Positions 48,901-64,000 of a stretch of DNA of 64,000 nt are shown here, piece after piece (positions within the stretch are counted from its first letter, which is position 1; each line of letters begins with the position of its first letter). The notes beneath the pieces were generated by a model. The model saw nothing but the letters and a program-made list of their open reading frames with translations, searched no databases and was not told the origin of the DNA. The DNA lies in assembly GCA_013239625.1 (NCBI GenBank), contig MU053881.1, forward strand, positions 15,926,373 through 15,990,372, read 5' to 3'. A program made the translations under genes and the position numbers. This stretch comes from Lama guanicoe. Taxonomy: Eukaryota.

Positions 48901-51900
48901 CAGGGTCAGTTGGGGGAGGGTCTGAGAACGTCCAAAATTGGGTGAAGGGGAGAAAGCACACTGGTCGGGGGGTGGGGGTCCCTGCAGGAACAAAGGGAGG
49001 TATGAAATAGGGCTGCAGCATCCGAGAGGGTATGCCAAGTGGGGACTCTGCATGCTCAGAGGGAGAGGGGTGGGAAATTGGGTTTGAGGGACTGGGAAGG
49101 GTGCACTAGGTGGAGAGAGACAGAGGGAAGCTGAGTTCGAAGGACTGGGAAGGGTATGAGGCAGAGGCAGCCCCTCTGATCTCATGTTAGGACTGGGCTT
49201 CACCCTCTGGCAGGGCGTGCGACGCATCAGCCCTGTGACTCGGGCTGAAGAATTCTACTACCCTCCCTGGAAGCGGCTGCTCTTCCAGCTGCTCGTGAGT
49301 CTCCCCCTGTGCCTCACCTGCCTGGCCTGCGTGTTCCTGCTCATGCTCGGCTGCTTCCAGCTGCAGGTGACCTCCGGCCTCTAGCCCTGGCCTTGGCCCA
49401 CCCTGGCGACCACCTATCCAGGTGTACCCCAAGCCCAGCCCAGCTGCTGGGATGATCCATGAACCCCATATCCCTGCAGGAGCTGGTGCTGAGCGTGAAG
49501 GGACTGCCCCGTCTCGCCCGCTTCCTGCCAAAAGTCATGCTAGCCCTGCTGGTCAGTGCAAGTGCAGAGGGCTACAAGAAGCTGGCTGTCTGGCTCAATG
49601 ACATGGGTATGTCCCACTGCCCACCCCCCAGGAGGAAGGGCCCCACTGCCCTACGGGGTCCCAGCTGCCCAAGGCAGTCTGGGCCACCCCCTCACTCACC
49701 TCCTTGGCCCCTAGAGAATTACCGGCTGGAGAGCGCCTACGAGAAGCACCTCATTATCAAGGTTGTCCTGGTGAGTGGTGGTCAGCAGGCAGGCGGGGGC
49801 TCTGCAGGAGGCGTGTGGGGGCTCCTAGGGTCGTGGCCTCAGAGTGACCACCCACCTGCCTGCTTTCAACAGTTCCAGTTCGTCAACTCATACCTGAGCC
49901 TCTTCTATATTGGCTTCTACCTCAAAGACATGGAGCGCCTGAAAGAGGTGAGACCCTGGCTGGAGGCAGCGCCCTCTATGGCACCCTAGTGGGCCAGACC
50001 TGGCCCAAGGGGTCCACGGGCTCTCCAGCCCCTCCCCTCCTCCTCCATCCTTTTCTCCTCTCTGTCCATCCGTCTGTGTGTCCTCTCTGCCTGTTGCTCC
50101 CTCCATCTGTCCGTCCACCTGTCCATCCGTCCCTCCACAGCTCCTGATCGTCCTGTCCCTGTCCCAGAGCCTCGAGCGGCAGCTTTGGGCGGTGCTGGTC
50201 CCGCTCGTGGCCCTGCGGTTCCGCCTGTTCCTCCTCTCCCTCCGGGGTCTCCTGCTCGTGGCCCGGGCCAAAGTACGGGCAGATGGCGAACCCTTGGGGC
50301 CTCGCCAGGGTGGGCAGTGTGGCTGTGCTGGAGGCCTCATGCTGAGCTGAGGGTGCATGCTCTGAGGGGACGGGGCTCAGCTGATGAGGTGCAAGTGGCA
50401 GGGGCCCCTCCAGGCCCTGGGGACCAGCTAAGCTCCCAGGTGGTGATGCAAGCATGGAGGCCTGAGGCTTCCTAGGAGTTTGGCTAGGAGCGCTGTGGCC
50501 TGCTGGGCTGTGGTTTGGGGTTGCCTCCCTGTCCAGGGTCATCCAAATTGGGTTCAGGGTGTGTGTGCAAGCGTATGGTCCAGGAGGGTGGCCTGTCTCC
50601 GCACAGCCTGTCCGAGTGCCTGGGGCACCGCCTGCCCCCCACGTGGCCTTTCTCCATCCCCTTCCTACCCCCAGATGCTGGCCACCCTGCTGATCACCCG
50701 CCAGTTCCTCCAGAATGTTCGGGAGGTGCTGCAGCCCCATCTGTACCGCCGGCTGGGCCGTGGCGAGCTTGGCCTGCGGGCCGCTTGGGAGCTGGCCCGT
50801 GCCCTACTTGGCCTGCTGAGCCTCCGGCGCCCTGCACTCCACCACCTCGAACCCCAGGCTGAAGAGGGTGGTGGTGGCAGCAGCAGTGGTGGGGGCCGCA
50901 GGTGTCTCAGCGGGGGCTGTGGGGCTCCTGAGGAGGAGGAGGAAGCCACAGTGGAGCGGCGGCCCGCGGGGGAAGGTGGGGAAATAGGGGATGGGCCTCG
51001 GGGGGGCAAGGAGGAGGAGGAGGACGACGAGGATGAGGATGAGGAAGAGGAGGATGAGGATGAGGACGAAGGTGAAGAAGGCGGCCTCCTGGACTGCGGG
51101 CTCCGACTGAAGAAGGTCAGCTTTGCTGAGCGGGGATCCGGGCGGCATCGACCTGGCCCAAGCCCAGAGTCCCTCCTGGAGGAGGGGAGCCCTACCATGG
51201 TGGAGAAGGGGCTGGAACCAAGTGTGTTCACACTGGCTGAGGAAGATGATGAGGCCGAAGGGGCTCCCAGCAGCCCTGAGCGGGAACCCCCGGCTGTTCT
51301 GCTCCGCCGGGCCGGAGGCGAGGGCCGAGATCAGGGGCCTGATGGGGGCCCGGACCCAGAGCCAAGTTCGGGTGACTCAGCCCGGAGGCAGCGTCGGCAG
51401 AACAGGTCATCTTGGATCGACCCACCAGAGGAGGAACACTCACCCCAGCTCACCCAGGCCGAGCTGGAGAGCTGTATGAAGAAATATGAGGTGTGGAGGG
51501 CACCTGAGGGTGGAAGCAGGGCCCTCAGAGGGGCGCAGCACACAGTCTGAGGGTGGGGGTGGGGTTGGGGTGATGGGAAGGAGTCATGGGACCCTTGTTG
51601 TGGTCAGCAACCTGCCAAAGGGGGAGCTCTGGGTCCATGCAGGATAATCTGAGGGAAGTGGGCTTGTTGAGAGGAAGATGGTCTGAGGGAAGAGGTGGCC
51701 TGGTCGGAGGGAGAGCGCTAGGCCACGCCCAGGTGCCCGTCCACAGGACACGTTCCAGGACTACCAGGAGATGTTTGTGCAGTTTGGCTACGTCGTGCTC
51801 TTCTCGTCTGCCTTCCCGCTGGCCGCCCTCTGCGCTCTGGTCAACAACCTCATCGAGATCCGCAGCGACGCCCTCAAGCTGTGCACGGGGCTGCAGCGGC

Positions 51901-54900
51901 CCTTTGGGCAGCGGGTGGAGAGCATTGGCCAGTGGCAGGTGGGGAATTGGGCCGAGGGCTTGGAGCGGGGGTCCACTGAGGAGGAGAATGGGCTGGGGAG
52001 GGTGGCTGGACCCCACCTGAGCCCCAATGTTCCTCCTGCAGAAGGTGATGGAGGTCATGGGTGTCCTAGCAATCGTGGTCAACTGCTATCTCATTGGCCA
52101 GTGTGGGCAGCTGCAGCGCCTCTTCCCCTGGCTCAGCCCCGAGGCGGCCATCGTGTCTGTGGTGGTGCTTGAGGTGGGCCTGGCGGCCGGGCGGGGGAGC
52201 CAGGTGGTGGGTAGGCATCCCCGCGCCTGCAGCCTCCTCCTCTGTCACCTCAGCACTTCGCTCTGCTCCTCAAGTACCTCATCCACGTGGCCATCCCCGA
52301 CATCCCAGGCTGGGTGGCCGAGGAGATGGCCAAGCTGGAGTACCAGCGCCGGGAGGCATTTAAGGTACAGGGGCTGGGAAATGCTTTCCTTCTCCGCTAA
52401 GTGGGGCTTCTCCACCCCACCTGGCTGGCAGCCAAGTCCTTAGCAGGAGGGCAGATGTGCAGAGCTCAGTGTAGTAATTGGCGTTCCGAAGGGGCCCGGT
52501 CCCTTTTGGAATCCTGGTGGTATCCAGTCCAGCACCAGACTGGCGCTTGTGAACTGTCATCTGCCAGCTCACCCAGCATTGCCTGTTTGGGGCCAGGGAC
52601 ACAGCTGATGCTTCCTAGAAGCCCAGCCTCTGCCGCATTCCTCAGAAAGCTGCAGGGCGGGCCAAGGAGATCGTTGGCACTGACTGGCGGAGCTATCCAC
52701 GATGATGGAAATGTTCTAGATCTGCCCTGCCCATGTAGCCCCTCACTACAGATGGCCAATGAGGGCTTGAAATGGGGCTGGTGCAACTGAGAAACAGAAT
52801 TTTTCTTTTCTTTTCTTTTCTTTTCTTTCTTTTCACTGTTTTAATTGACATTGACAAAGGCACATGCGGCCATTGGACTGGCCAGTGTGGACCCTGTTCT
52901 GACCCAGTCACAGCTCTGTCTCACCAGTTCTCCAGAAAGCAGGGAATCATTGAAGCCCAATATTTGTTTATACTCTCCCAATTCCTAAAACAGTGTCTGG
53001 CATGTGACCAGGGACAGTTGGTGGCCAGTAAATGTTCATTCTCTTCTTGATTCTCAGAAAGTACTGGCATGGGTCCAGGGATGCAGTTGGTGCCCAATAA
53101 GTGTTTAGATCTCTCAGCACTTCTACAGAGCCCCAGGGTGGGTCTAGGGATGCAGCAAGCACCCAGGGAGTGTTTGGATTTCTCCCCACTTTGGTAGAGA
53201 GCACTGGCATGGGCCTGGGCGGGCACCCACTCACATACCCCCTCTTCCCAGTCTCCATAATGGCTCTGTTCTGCCCGCAGAGACATGAGCGCCAGGCCCA
53301 GCACCGCTATCAGCAGCAGCAGCGGCGGAGGCGGGAGGAGGAGGAGCGCCAGCGCCACGCGGAGCATCACGCCCGGAGGGAGCGCGACACCGGTGGACGG
53401 GAGGAGGCTCGGGCTGAGGGCTCCGGGCAGGACCCGGCTGCCCCTGAGAAGGCCTCAGCCAAGGCCAAGGGCAGTGGGGCAGGCGGTCATGGGCCAGAGC
53501 GGCCCAAGCGCCCAGGGTCCCTGCTGGCACCTAACAACGTCATGAAGCTGAAGCAGATCATCCCACTGCAGAGCAAGTTCCTGTCATCCGGGGCCACGTC
53601 CTCACTGGCTAGCGCAGGGGCTGGCCTCACCGCCCGGCCGCCCCCTGCCCAGTCGCCCACGGGTAGCGACACCCGTCTGCCGGCCTTCCTCAGCTTCAAA
53701 TTCCTCAAGTCACCTGAGACCCGGCGGGACCCTGAGCGTAGCCACTCGCCACCCAAGGCCTTCCACGCCGGCAAGCTCTTCCCCTTCGGCGGGGCCCGGG
53801 CTGAGGCCGGGTCCAACGGGGCGGGCGGGCAGGCCCGGCAGGACGGGACCCCCAGCGGTGGCAGTGGCCGGGCCCAGCGGAGTGGGCCGGCGGACGAGGC
53901 TACAGCTGAGGAGCCGGACACACCCCGGCCCGAAGAGGAAGGCTCAGGTCACAAGCTTTAACTCGGGGGTGGGGACTCCGGGCCAGGCTTTGGGGGTAGG
54001 GGTAGGGTGTCCAGGCCTGGGGAGAGGGGCTAAAGGGAAGAGAGGAGGCCCAGTCTCCAGTACCAGTTGAGGACCTGGGTATGTGGCACCTGGAGCGTCT
54101 CGGTCAAAGCCTACTGTCTTTCCGGGACCCCTGAGAGCCTGGAGCCCTGTGCCTGACCCTCCTCATCTCCAGGGAGGGATGCCAAAGTCCCCTGTCCCAG
54201 TGTCCGTCCCAGGGCACCTGCCTGCCATGCTCCGGTGCCAGGAGAGATGAGGGAGACCCCTTCACCATCTTGCCCTGCCTCTCCTGCCCCCCTGAGATCC
54301 CACAGCCAGCTCATTCTGGGGGGACTGGACCCCCCAGGCCTCTATGCAAGTCCCCAACCTGCAGCCCAGCTGTTGGAGGAGGCCTTCCTTGAAGGTGGGG
54401 CTAGGGCTGCTCACCCAGGGAGTTCAGGGCACTCAGCCACAGGCTGCACCCATATGTGTGCTGAGCAGAGCCATAGGCCTTGCTGCCACCCCTCCCACCT
54501 CATCCCAGCCTGGGGTCCAGCAGCCCATCCCAGGGAGCCCAAGAGGTGGCAGCTGTAGCACCAGGGACATAGGTCTGAAGTCAGAGGGACTTCCTCAGAC
54601 TCCTCTCTCCGTGAGGGGGAGGCGACCAGTGCCCAGAGGCGGGGAATGCACCCGAAGAAGCCTATCCCTTGTCTGATCAGAAGCAATAAGGCCCTCGATG
54701 TGCCTGAAAGCGCGGGAGGGAGCGCGGGCAGGGTCCCCAGCGGCGGGGGCGGCAACTCCCCGGAACGGCCCCTCTCGCCTCCGCAGGGACAGCGCTGGCC
54801 CCCATGGGCGCCCCCGCCCTCCGCACCCGCCGCAGCCGGAGCCCTGCGCCGCCGCCACAGCCTCCGCCAACACCGCTGCCCCGGCCCCCGACGCCACCCG

Positions 54901-55163
54901 CCGGCTGCTGGCAGTGGGACGGGCCGTGGGGCTGCGGGGGCGAGGGCACCGCCCCCCGCCAGGCTCCGGCCACCGCCGAGTGCCCGCCCTGCGCCCTCGC
55001 CGGGCCCCCGCCCGCCCCCCAGCCCCTGCCGGGGGACGCCAGCTTCTACAGCCTCCCACCGCCGCCTCCCTCCTCCGAGCCCTCAGAGCCCCCGGCGCTC
55101 TCGCCCAGCCCCAGCCCCAGCCCCAGCCCCCAGGCCGTGTGCTGGCCCAGCGGCTGGCATTAG
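45956..55163 (+). CDS. ANO8: Anoctamin-8 (TMEM16H), 1232 aa
   Basis: 18 exons: 45956-46061, 46830-46940, 47060-47192, 47375-47513, 47594-47690, 48330-48446, 48526-48653, 48743-48904, 49214-49366, 49480-49606, 49715-49770, 49873-49947, 50675-51490, 51747-51938, 52042-52173, 52254-52364, 53281-53947, 54787-55163 = 3699 nt in frame. Anoctamin motifs (DYFGVKIAMYFAWLGFYT, QFVNSYLSLFYIGF, EMFVQFGYVVLFSSAFPLAALCALVNNLIEIRSDA), an acidic loop and a Pro-rich tail ending VCWPSGWH. Confidence 0.96.
50141..50272 (+). CDS. ANO8: Putative in-frame alternative (cassette) exon of ANO8, 44 aa, hydrophobic
   Basis: Long polypyrimidine tract ending CCACAG|; 132 nt with no stop; donor AAA|GTACGG; phase 0/0 like the flanking exons. 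Confidence 0.6.
51008..51080 (+). repeat. (GAG/GAT)n low-complexity run encoding the ANO8 acidic stretch
   Basis: Encodes KEEEEDDEDEDEEEEDEDEDEGEE. Confidence 0.9.
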
Positions 55164-55445
55164 CTCCGCCCACCCTGCCTTCCTGTTTTCATATGCAATA
55201 TCAACCACGGACCCAGGCGGTGGCTGCCTTCCAGAAAACGCTTCCGCCCAGCCAGATGTACCCCAGTATTGGCTGTCCCCTCCTGGGACAGCCCCTCCAG
55301 GGGCCCCTCTATCTGCCGTTTCCCTTTCTACCAGGATGGGGGAAATGAAAGGAAATCCCAAAAACACAACAAAAAACACAGAATAGGCGATTATTTATTT
55401 GTTTTTAATTTATTTTGTCATATTTTTGTAAAACGGCAGAAATGC

Positions 55446-55451
55446 AATAAA
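55446..55451 (+). terminator. ANO8 polyadenylation signal
   Basis: AATAAA ~280 nt after the stop, following a U-rich tract. Confidence 0.8.
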
Positions 55452-57342
55452 AAGTATATTTCGACAGTGCCCAAGGATGTAGCAGTGGAAAGGGGACTCA
55501 AGGGGCCCAATGACTTGAGGTTGGTGCCAGCTCTCTGGGGGCCTGGCAGGCCCAGGGTGGGTTCCCCTCCTGTCTGTCCTGTGACCCTTGAGGAGCTCCT
55601 CCTAAGAACTAGGTCTCCAGGCCATGGATGGAAAACTCCAGACTGCTGCCTCTGAAACGGCCCAGATTTGAGGGCCAACTCCAGGCCCAGGGGCCCCTGG
55701 GAGGAGCTATAGAGCCTCAGGCCCTGTCTTCAACCTCCAAGAGAAAGGAAGAAATCTTAAAGTGTTGACAGGACTCAGCAGTTTGGGCCTCAGTCCTGCA
55801 GGGCCGCACTTTCTGGCACATCTACTTCCCAGGTCACCATCTTAAGAGTCAGGGGTGGTATGGAAAACCTGGGGTGTGGAAATCAGAAGGCACCTGGTGC
55901 CTGAGTCATGGTGTTGAGGGGATGGCATGTTTGGTGGTGGCACTGGGGAACTGCTGGATGCCCTACTGTGGGACAGCTGTCAGACCCGAGTCACTGGGAC
56001 TCTTCACTGTGTGATCAGGGATAGACGTGGCCTCTTCCGCTCTTAGGCATATCCACATCCAAAGGCTAGAACCTGATGGGCCCTACCCCAGGGCGGGGAG
56101 CCTGGGGGGAGCCAGTGTGAGGAACGGGCACTTTGAGGGGGTGCTGTGAAAGAAGTCAGAGTTCACTGGAGGCAGGACAGCAGCCTGTGCAAAGGCACAG
56201 AGGTGTGGGAAGGCAGAGTTTGGTGATTGGGGGAGCAGAGTAAGGGGAGCCCCAGAGACAGAAGGGGTGGGTGGAGGCCATTTGAGGGCCCTGTGCTAGG
56301 AGGCCACAGGGAAGCTGTGGGACCCCTGTCTACATCGTGGATGGCACTGGCAAGACAGAACCCAGCCCCTCAAAGGGGGAACTAGAGCCAGGGAGGTGTG
56401 AGTGAGTCTCCGGGAAGGACAGGCTACAGCTGGCTCCCACTCAGCCCCATGGCCTTTGAAGCTGAAGTCCTGCCCTCAACTCAGCCACCAACAAATGGTG
56501 ATGCCACACGCCTGCCCAGGGTCAGGCCAAGCCCTGGGACTGGGGGATTCCAAGCCAGTCTGCGAGCCTCTAGGGACTTAGCCCTCCCAGGCACAACCAC
56601 AGTCAAGCTTGCCTTTCCTGAGGACCTGCCTTGGGACCATAAGAACTGAATGGTGTAGACATGCCCAGAGCTGAGCACCCCCAGCATGGCTGGGTGGCCA
56701 GCCATGGACCCTTCCACCTGGGAGGTGCTGGGCAGCTGAGGTGGGGCCTGCCCCATGGCCCAACCCCTCACCACCCCCAACATCCCAGCACTCAGCTCCA
56801 AAACTCTGGCTTGCACTCAGGCCTTGAACCTTCTGCCCAGAGCCCAAATGACCCCTATGTGTCTGGGCTCAGCAGCAAACCCAGCCCAGCTGGCGGCCCA
56901 CGAGTGGCTGTAGAACCTGCGGACCAACGGTGGGCATTCCGCGGCGCTCTGGGTGCCTCCTCTCTGAGCCAGGAGTGCATGAGGCCGGGCCACCTGTGCG
57001 GTGTCCACAGTGGCTGGTGGGCATGCCACCCTGCTCACCAGGGTCCTGAGCGTGGGGTCCACCACAACTCCATCCTCGGCAGCATGGACCATCTCTCTGG
57101 GGGTGTCTTGGTCCTCAGGGACACCTTGACAGGTGAGGCAGAGGGGCGGGTCCAGGCAGGTCTTGGCTCTGAGCAAGACGGCCACAGCAGGCCCACGAGA
57201 GAATCCAGCTGGTCTTGGGGCCCCAGTGCCTGGGGGGCCCCCCTTGGCTCCTCTTGGTGATGATGGGATGACTCTCAGTGGCTCCGTCCTCTGGGGCTGA
57301 GGCACGCCGAGCAAAAACGCGAGATCGGGTAGGAAAGATCCT

Positions 57343-57348
57343 TTTATT
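57343..57348 (-). terminator. Probable DDA1 polyadenylation signal
   Basis: tttatt on plus = AATAAA on minus, ~570 nt past the DDA1 stop. Confidence 0.55.
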
Positions 57349-57916
57349 GGGGTGGACACGGAGCACGCACTAGTCCATGATAAAATGACTTAAGAGAAAG
57401 ATCCAGAAGGGCTGACTTCTCCCCCTTACGCATGCTCAGAGCAAGGTCTGGGCACAGAATAGGTCCCGGTGGAGCTCGAGACAAGGCAAAGTCTTTAAGG
57501 CCCAGACCGGCAGGTGGGAGCCGGGAGTAAGGCCTGCTTCCACCCCCGCCACCAGGCCACAGCAGGGCCCCGGCTCTAGACCCTCGCAGACTCACTCCAG
57601 TTTTCCAGAGGAGAACTGGGGAGCAAGAGGAGGGGGACTGGAGGTGGAGAGGTGAGTAACAGGTTGTTTTTTTAAAAAGCATCTACCAACATCACACTAC
57701 TACTGGGTCTGACGTCCCCTTTAACCATCGCTTGGTACATTTTACAGCATAAATAAAAACTCAGGGAAAATAAATACATCGGCTCCTATGAGGTTGGAAG
57801 TGGTGTGGACTGTGGGGCATGGGTGGGCCGGCGGCAGGAGTGGGTGGGGGCGCTTACACAAGGCGGGCGGGCGAGGAACAGACAAGACAAGAGGCGCCTG
57901 TGGGGGAGCGGGAGTC

Positions 57917-60300
<2,384 letters not shown>

Positions 60301-63300
60301 CTAGAAGACAGGGAAAACAGGAATTGAGAAACCAGGCAGCAGGCTGGGCCACCCCTGGAGCACCTGGAGGGGCGGGCCACCAGGCAACTTCTGGTTTCCT
60401 TCTTCTGTTCCCTTGAGAATGCACCCTTGAGCTGGCTGCCTGATGTGCACACTGTCATGGCCAAACCAATCTTTGGGTGAGGGTATGTTCTCCCACGGGG
60501 TTGTCACAACAGTCGTGTCACTGGGTGAGAAGTGAGGAAACTGAGGCTTGGAGAGGACAGGTCACTTGTTTAAAGTCAAAAGCAAGCAGTCGGGTGGGGA
60601 GTCGGAGCCGGGCCCATCTGACTGCGGACCTGCCCTCTGTGCTGTTGATTAATCAAATTCCTGGTCTTGCCTCTATTTATGCCCTGCAATAGCAACCGGG
60701 GATGGAGAAAGACTTGTCCACCCTAAGAAACCCCAAGGACCCATGTGACAATAAATGGGGCTGGGGGAGCAGGAGTCTGGGTGAAGGGGAAAGAGCAGCT
60801 GGGATACAAAGGCTGCCAGGACATAGGACCAGGAGTCCAGGGTCAACCGAGCCATGAGTCCCAAGAAAATTCGGAAATCCAAGTTCCAATGTGTCAGTGT
60901 CAGTCTTCCAAAACTGGCTGAGCTCTATAAAACGCTGTATGGACCAGGGTCAGCTTGAGGGCAGCTCCTGGGGTCCCCACACCCAAAGGCTGCCCTGAAA
61001 GGGGGGAATGCCCCCCGAGGAGAGGACCAGAAGCCTGAAGGGAGCAGGCTGGCTCCTCCCTGCCACCTGCTGCCTGGGGTAGTGGTTTGGGTGCTAGAGG
61101 TTTCAAGCCCACAAGATGCCAGGGAGCCAGGGACAGAATTCATTCACAGCCCTGACTCTTAGAAAGTCCTTTTTCCCAGACACTCTGGCATCAGCTGGGC
61201 AAGGAAGGGCAAGGGCTCTGTAAGGGTAGGACCCTGACTCTGGGTGGGGGGCAGGTCTCTGCCACAAGATGGGGGGAATAAAAGCCAATGGGAACTGAGT
61301 CTACCTCGGGAAACTGAAGCACAAGAGACTCCGGGGTGCTGGGGAGGGACGAGACTGACAGCTAGGGGCAAGAAGCGACTTCCCAGCAGAGCAGGAGGGC
61401 AACGCTGTGACAGGCCTGGAGCCTGGAGCGAGACAGCTGGGGAGGGGCTCCCCACATGGACCAGGGGCTCCCCAAGCTGGAGTCACCCCATCATCCAGAT
61501 GAGGAAACAGGCAGAAAGGTCATATAACACTTGTCAGAGGTCATCTAGCCCTCAACGAGAAAACAAGGAAGCTGACTGAACCCAGAGGCCAAGCTCCTGT
61601 GACTTCCCCCCTCTGAAAACAGAGGGCTCAGAGCCCCTGCAGGTTACATAAACCCTCCCTCAGGTGGTCCCTCGTCATGCCTGAGCCCAGCATTACACCA
61701 TCAGGGATGCTGCTGTTCAGGGGATCCCCAACCACCCTCCGTGGGACCTACCCCTCCTCTGCAAGGCCCCAGCAAGACCTCGATGGGGTGGGCCAGCCAG
61801 GGGAGCTAGATTATTTATGGGCCTCCTGCTCCCACCCAGGACGTGGCCCTCACACCTGGGGGTCATGCCCTGCAGTCAGCTCAGAGCCCCTCAAACCTGC
61901 CTCCCTGTCCCAGGACCCTTGCTTCAGCTCAGCCCCAGACTACGGAGCCAGCTTCATCCACCCAGCAAGGTCTTCTCAGGACCTGACTACGTGGCAGAAC
62001 CCATGCCAGGCACCAGGGCACCATGGGGACCCAGAGAAGACCTAGTCTGGGCCCTGGGAGCAGCCTGCACAGGGGTCACGGGTGTGGCTCAAAGAGCCGT
62101 TCAGTGAATGTACAGTGGCCATGAGGCCAGGGTGCCACAAAGTGCCATGTGAGGCCTGTTATGGCAGGGGGTGGGGGCAGGGAACGCTGGCTGGTCTAGG
62201 GGATTGGGAAGGACTGCCCAGATGCACTGACGCAGGCCTGAGACTTGTAGGGAGAGGAGAGGTCCCAGTCCTTGTCAAACCCCTCCTGGCTCAACCTGGC
62301 CCACTCTGGCCTCCTGCCACACCTCTTCAGCCAGTGCCACCCTCCAGGAATGCCCCTCCTTTCTCCATGTGGGAAACATCCGCCTTTCCAGCCAGCTCAA
62401 AATGCCCCCTGCCCCTTCCCTCTCCCCACACTTCAGGAGCCTCTGCCAGAGCCCTGCTCACACCCCAAAGAGGTCATCTGTTTACACATCCACTTCCCTC
62501 ACTGGGCTGCCCCCTCCCTGAGGCAGAGGGCAGGGCAGGGCTGGCTCAATCCGGGGCCCCTGGCAGGGCTTACATGGGGCCGGCAGCAGAGTGATGAGAA
62601 GTGTGGGAACCTCAGACCTGCACTCAATCCTGGAAGGGCCCCTTCCTGGCTGTGTGGCCGGGAGCCAGTGATCTCCCAGGCTGGCCACCCCCTCTGTGAA
62701 CTGGGGGTTACAGCAGCAGCAGGGACTCCCTCCGAGGGTTGTTCTGAGTCTCAATAAGACAACAAAGGGAAAAAGCTTTTCACAGAGATCCCTTGAGGGC
62801 ACCTGTTAGCATCAATGCATCTGTGCTGAATAAATGAATGAAGACAAGGTACGGCCAGTACTTCCTGTCAGCCAAGCAGGAAAACAAGGCCTCAGGTACA
62901 GGGGGAAATCTTCACCTCAGCCACACAAATCCTAGCTACAGCTGGGCCCAGAAGCCATCCTTTGCCTCAGCAAACACTGAATATCTGTGTGCCAGTCCCT
63001 GTGCAGGCAGCCTGCCAGTGACCCAACCAAAACAAGGTGAAATGGTATGCAGAGTGAGGAGAGACATGGGGGCCTCCTGCAGTCAGGAGGGGCCCTCTGA
63101 GAAGGGAGGTGATGTTCAGAGGAGGAAGAGCACTCCAGGCACAGAGAGTAACAGGTGCAAAGGCCCTGGGGAGGCAGGGACTTGGAGTGTGAAGATGTGA
63201 AAACAAGGCCACTGTGGCTGGAGCTTGTGGAAGGAGGGGTGAAGAGGCAGGGAGCTGAGGTCACGGAGGGAGGCAAGGACCATGGAGGCCAAGGAGCTGG

Positions 63301-64000
63301 GGTTGCATTGGGGTTACAAAAGGAAACCCCTGAGTGTTTTGTAAGTTAGAAAGTGGTATAACCCAATTTACATCTTTAAAGGCTCCCTCTGGTTTTGGGT
63401 GAATTACAGACTGCCAGTGGGGTGAGATGAAGTCAAGAAGACCCAGGAGGAAGCTGGAGCAGGTGTTCAGATGGGAGATGGCAGTGCCTGGACCAGGGTG
63501 GGAGGCATGAATGGATTCAGAATCCATTCTGGAGACAGAGCCAACAGAATCCTCAAATGGACTGGGCATGGGTGATGAGGCTGCAGCCAGGAATGCAGGA
63601 CAATACCCAGGCATGGGGACCCACATACTAGGAACTCACCACTTTCCCATATTCTTCCTGACAAGAGGTCTTTTGCCCAATCCCCACCACATCCCAAGCA
63701 CTACGGATTGGGGGCTGAGACCCTGGGTGTGGGGACAATGGCGTTTGACTTACCCTGACCAAAGCTTCCATCGCCCCTATCAGCCTTGGGGATGCCAAAT
63801 AGTAGAGGATGGAAGGGGCTTCAGCCCATCTGAGGCTGTCCTACTTCACAAGTGGGGAGACCGAACTTCAAGAACCATAAGACCCAAATCCCAGGATGAA
63901 TGGGTGGTCCAAGGGGGATTTTAACCTCCCAACAATCAGTTGGCATTATCCCCTCTGCAAGATGAGGAGGCAGCTGGGAGGGGATGTCACCAGCCCAGAG

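Noticed and set aside
54595..55386. 192-246-aa ORFs in alternative frames of the ANO8 last exon
   Set aside because: Extreme GC content; the frame ending VCWPSGWH is the one that splices correctly.
60301..64000. DDA1 exon 1 or another gene in the last 3.7 kb
   Set aside because: No CpG island or convincing exon; it reads as DDA1 intron 1 with MIR/L2-like relics.

Overview
Mammalian genomic DNA, most likely camelid: nine copies of a tRNA-derived SINE resemble the camelid Vic-1 family. The window covers the BST2 - CCDC194 - PLVAP - GTPBP3 - ANO8 - DDA1 block, syntenic with human 19p13.11. By reading splice sites I reconstructed intact spliced ORFs for BST2/tetherin (+), CCDC194/TM-CC(aT) (+, 234 aa), PLVAP (+, 441 aa), GTPBP3 (-, 492 aa), ANO8 (+, 1232 aa) and DDA1 exons 2-5 (-; its ATG exon was not found in the window). 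Intergenic and intronic DNA is rich in ERV/LTR, L1, MER and SINE relics. The most notable points are at the tetherin cluster. (1) The ancestral BST2 start codon reads TTG behind an in-frame TAG, so AUG-initiated protein lacks the YxY motif. (2) A (GTG)8 repeat encodes part of the BST2 TM helix. (3) The BST2 3' UTR has no canonical poly(A) signal until a solo LTR supplies one. (4) A splice donor overlaps the CCDC194 stop codon, with a candidate hydrophobic GPI-like terminal exon downstream. Elsewhere there is a 44-aa hydrophobic in-frame cassette exon and a uORF in ANO8, two GC-AG introns, and a near-perfect 265-bp tandem duplication with a templated junction. Repeat family names and boundaries are by eye and approximate. 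Comparisons with human or mouse are from memory, not from a search.
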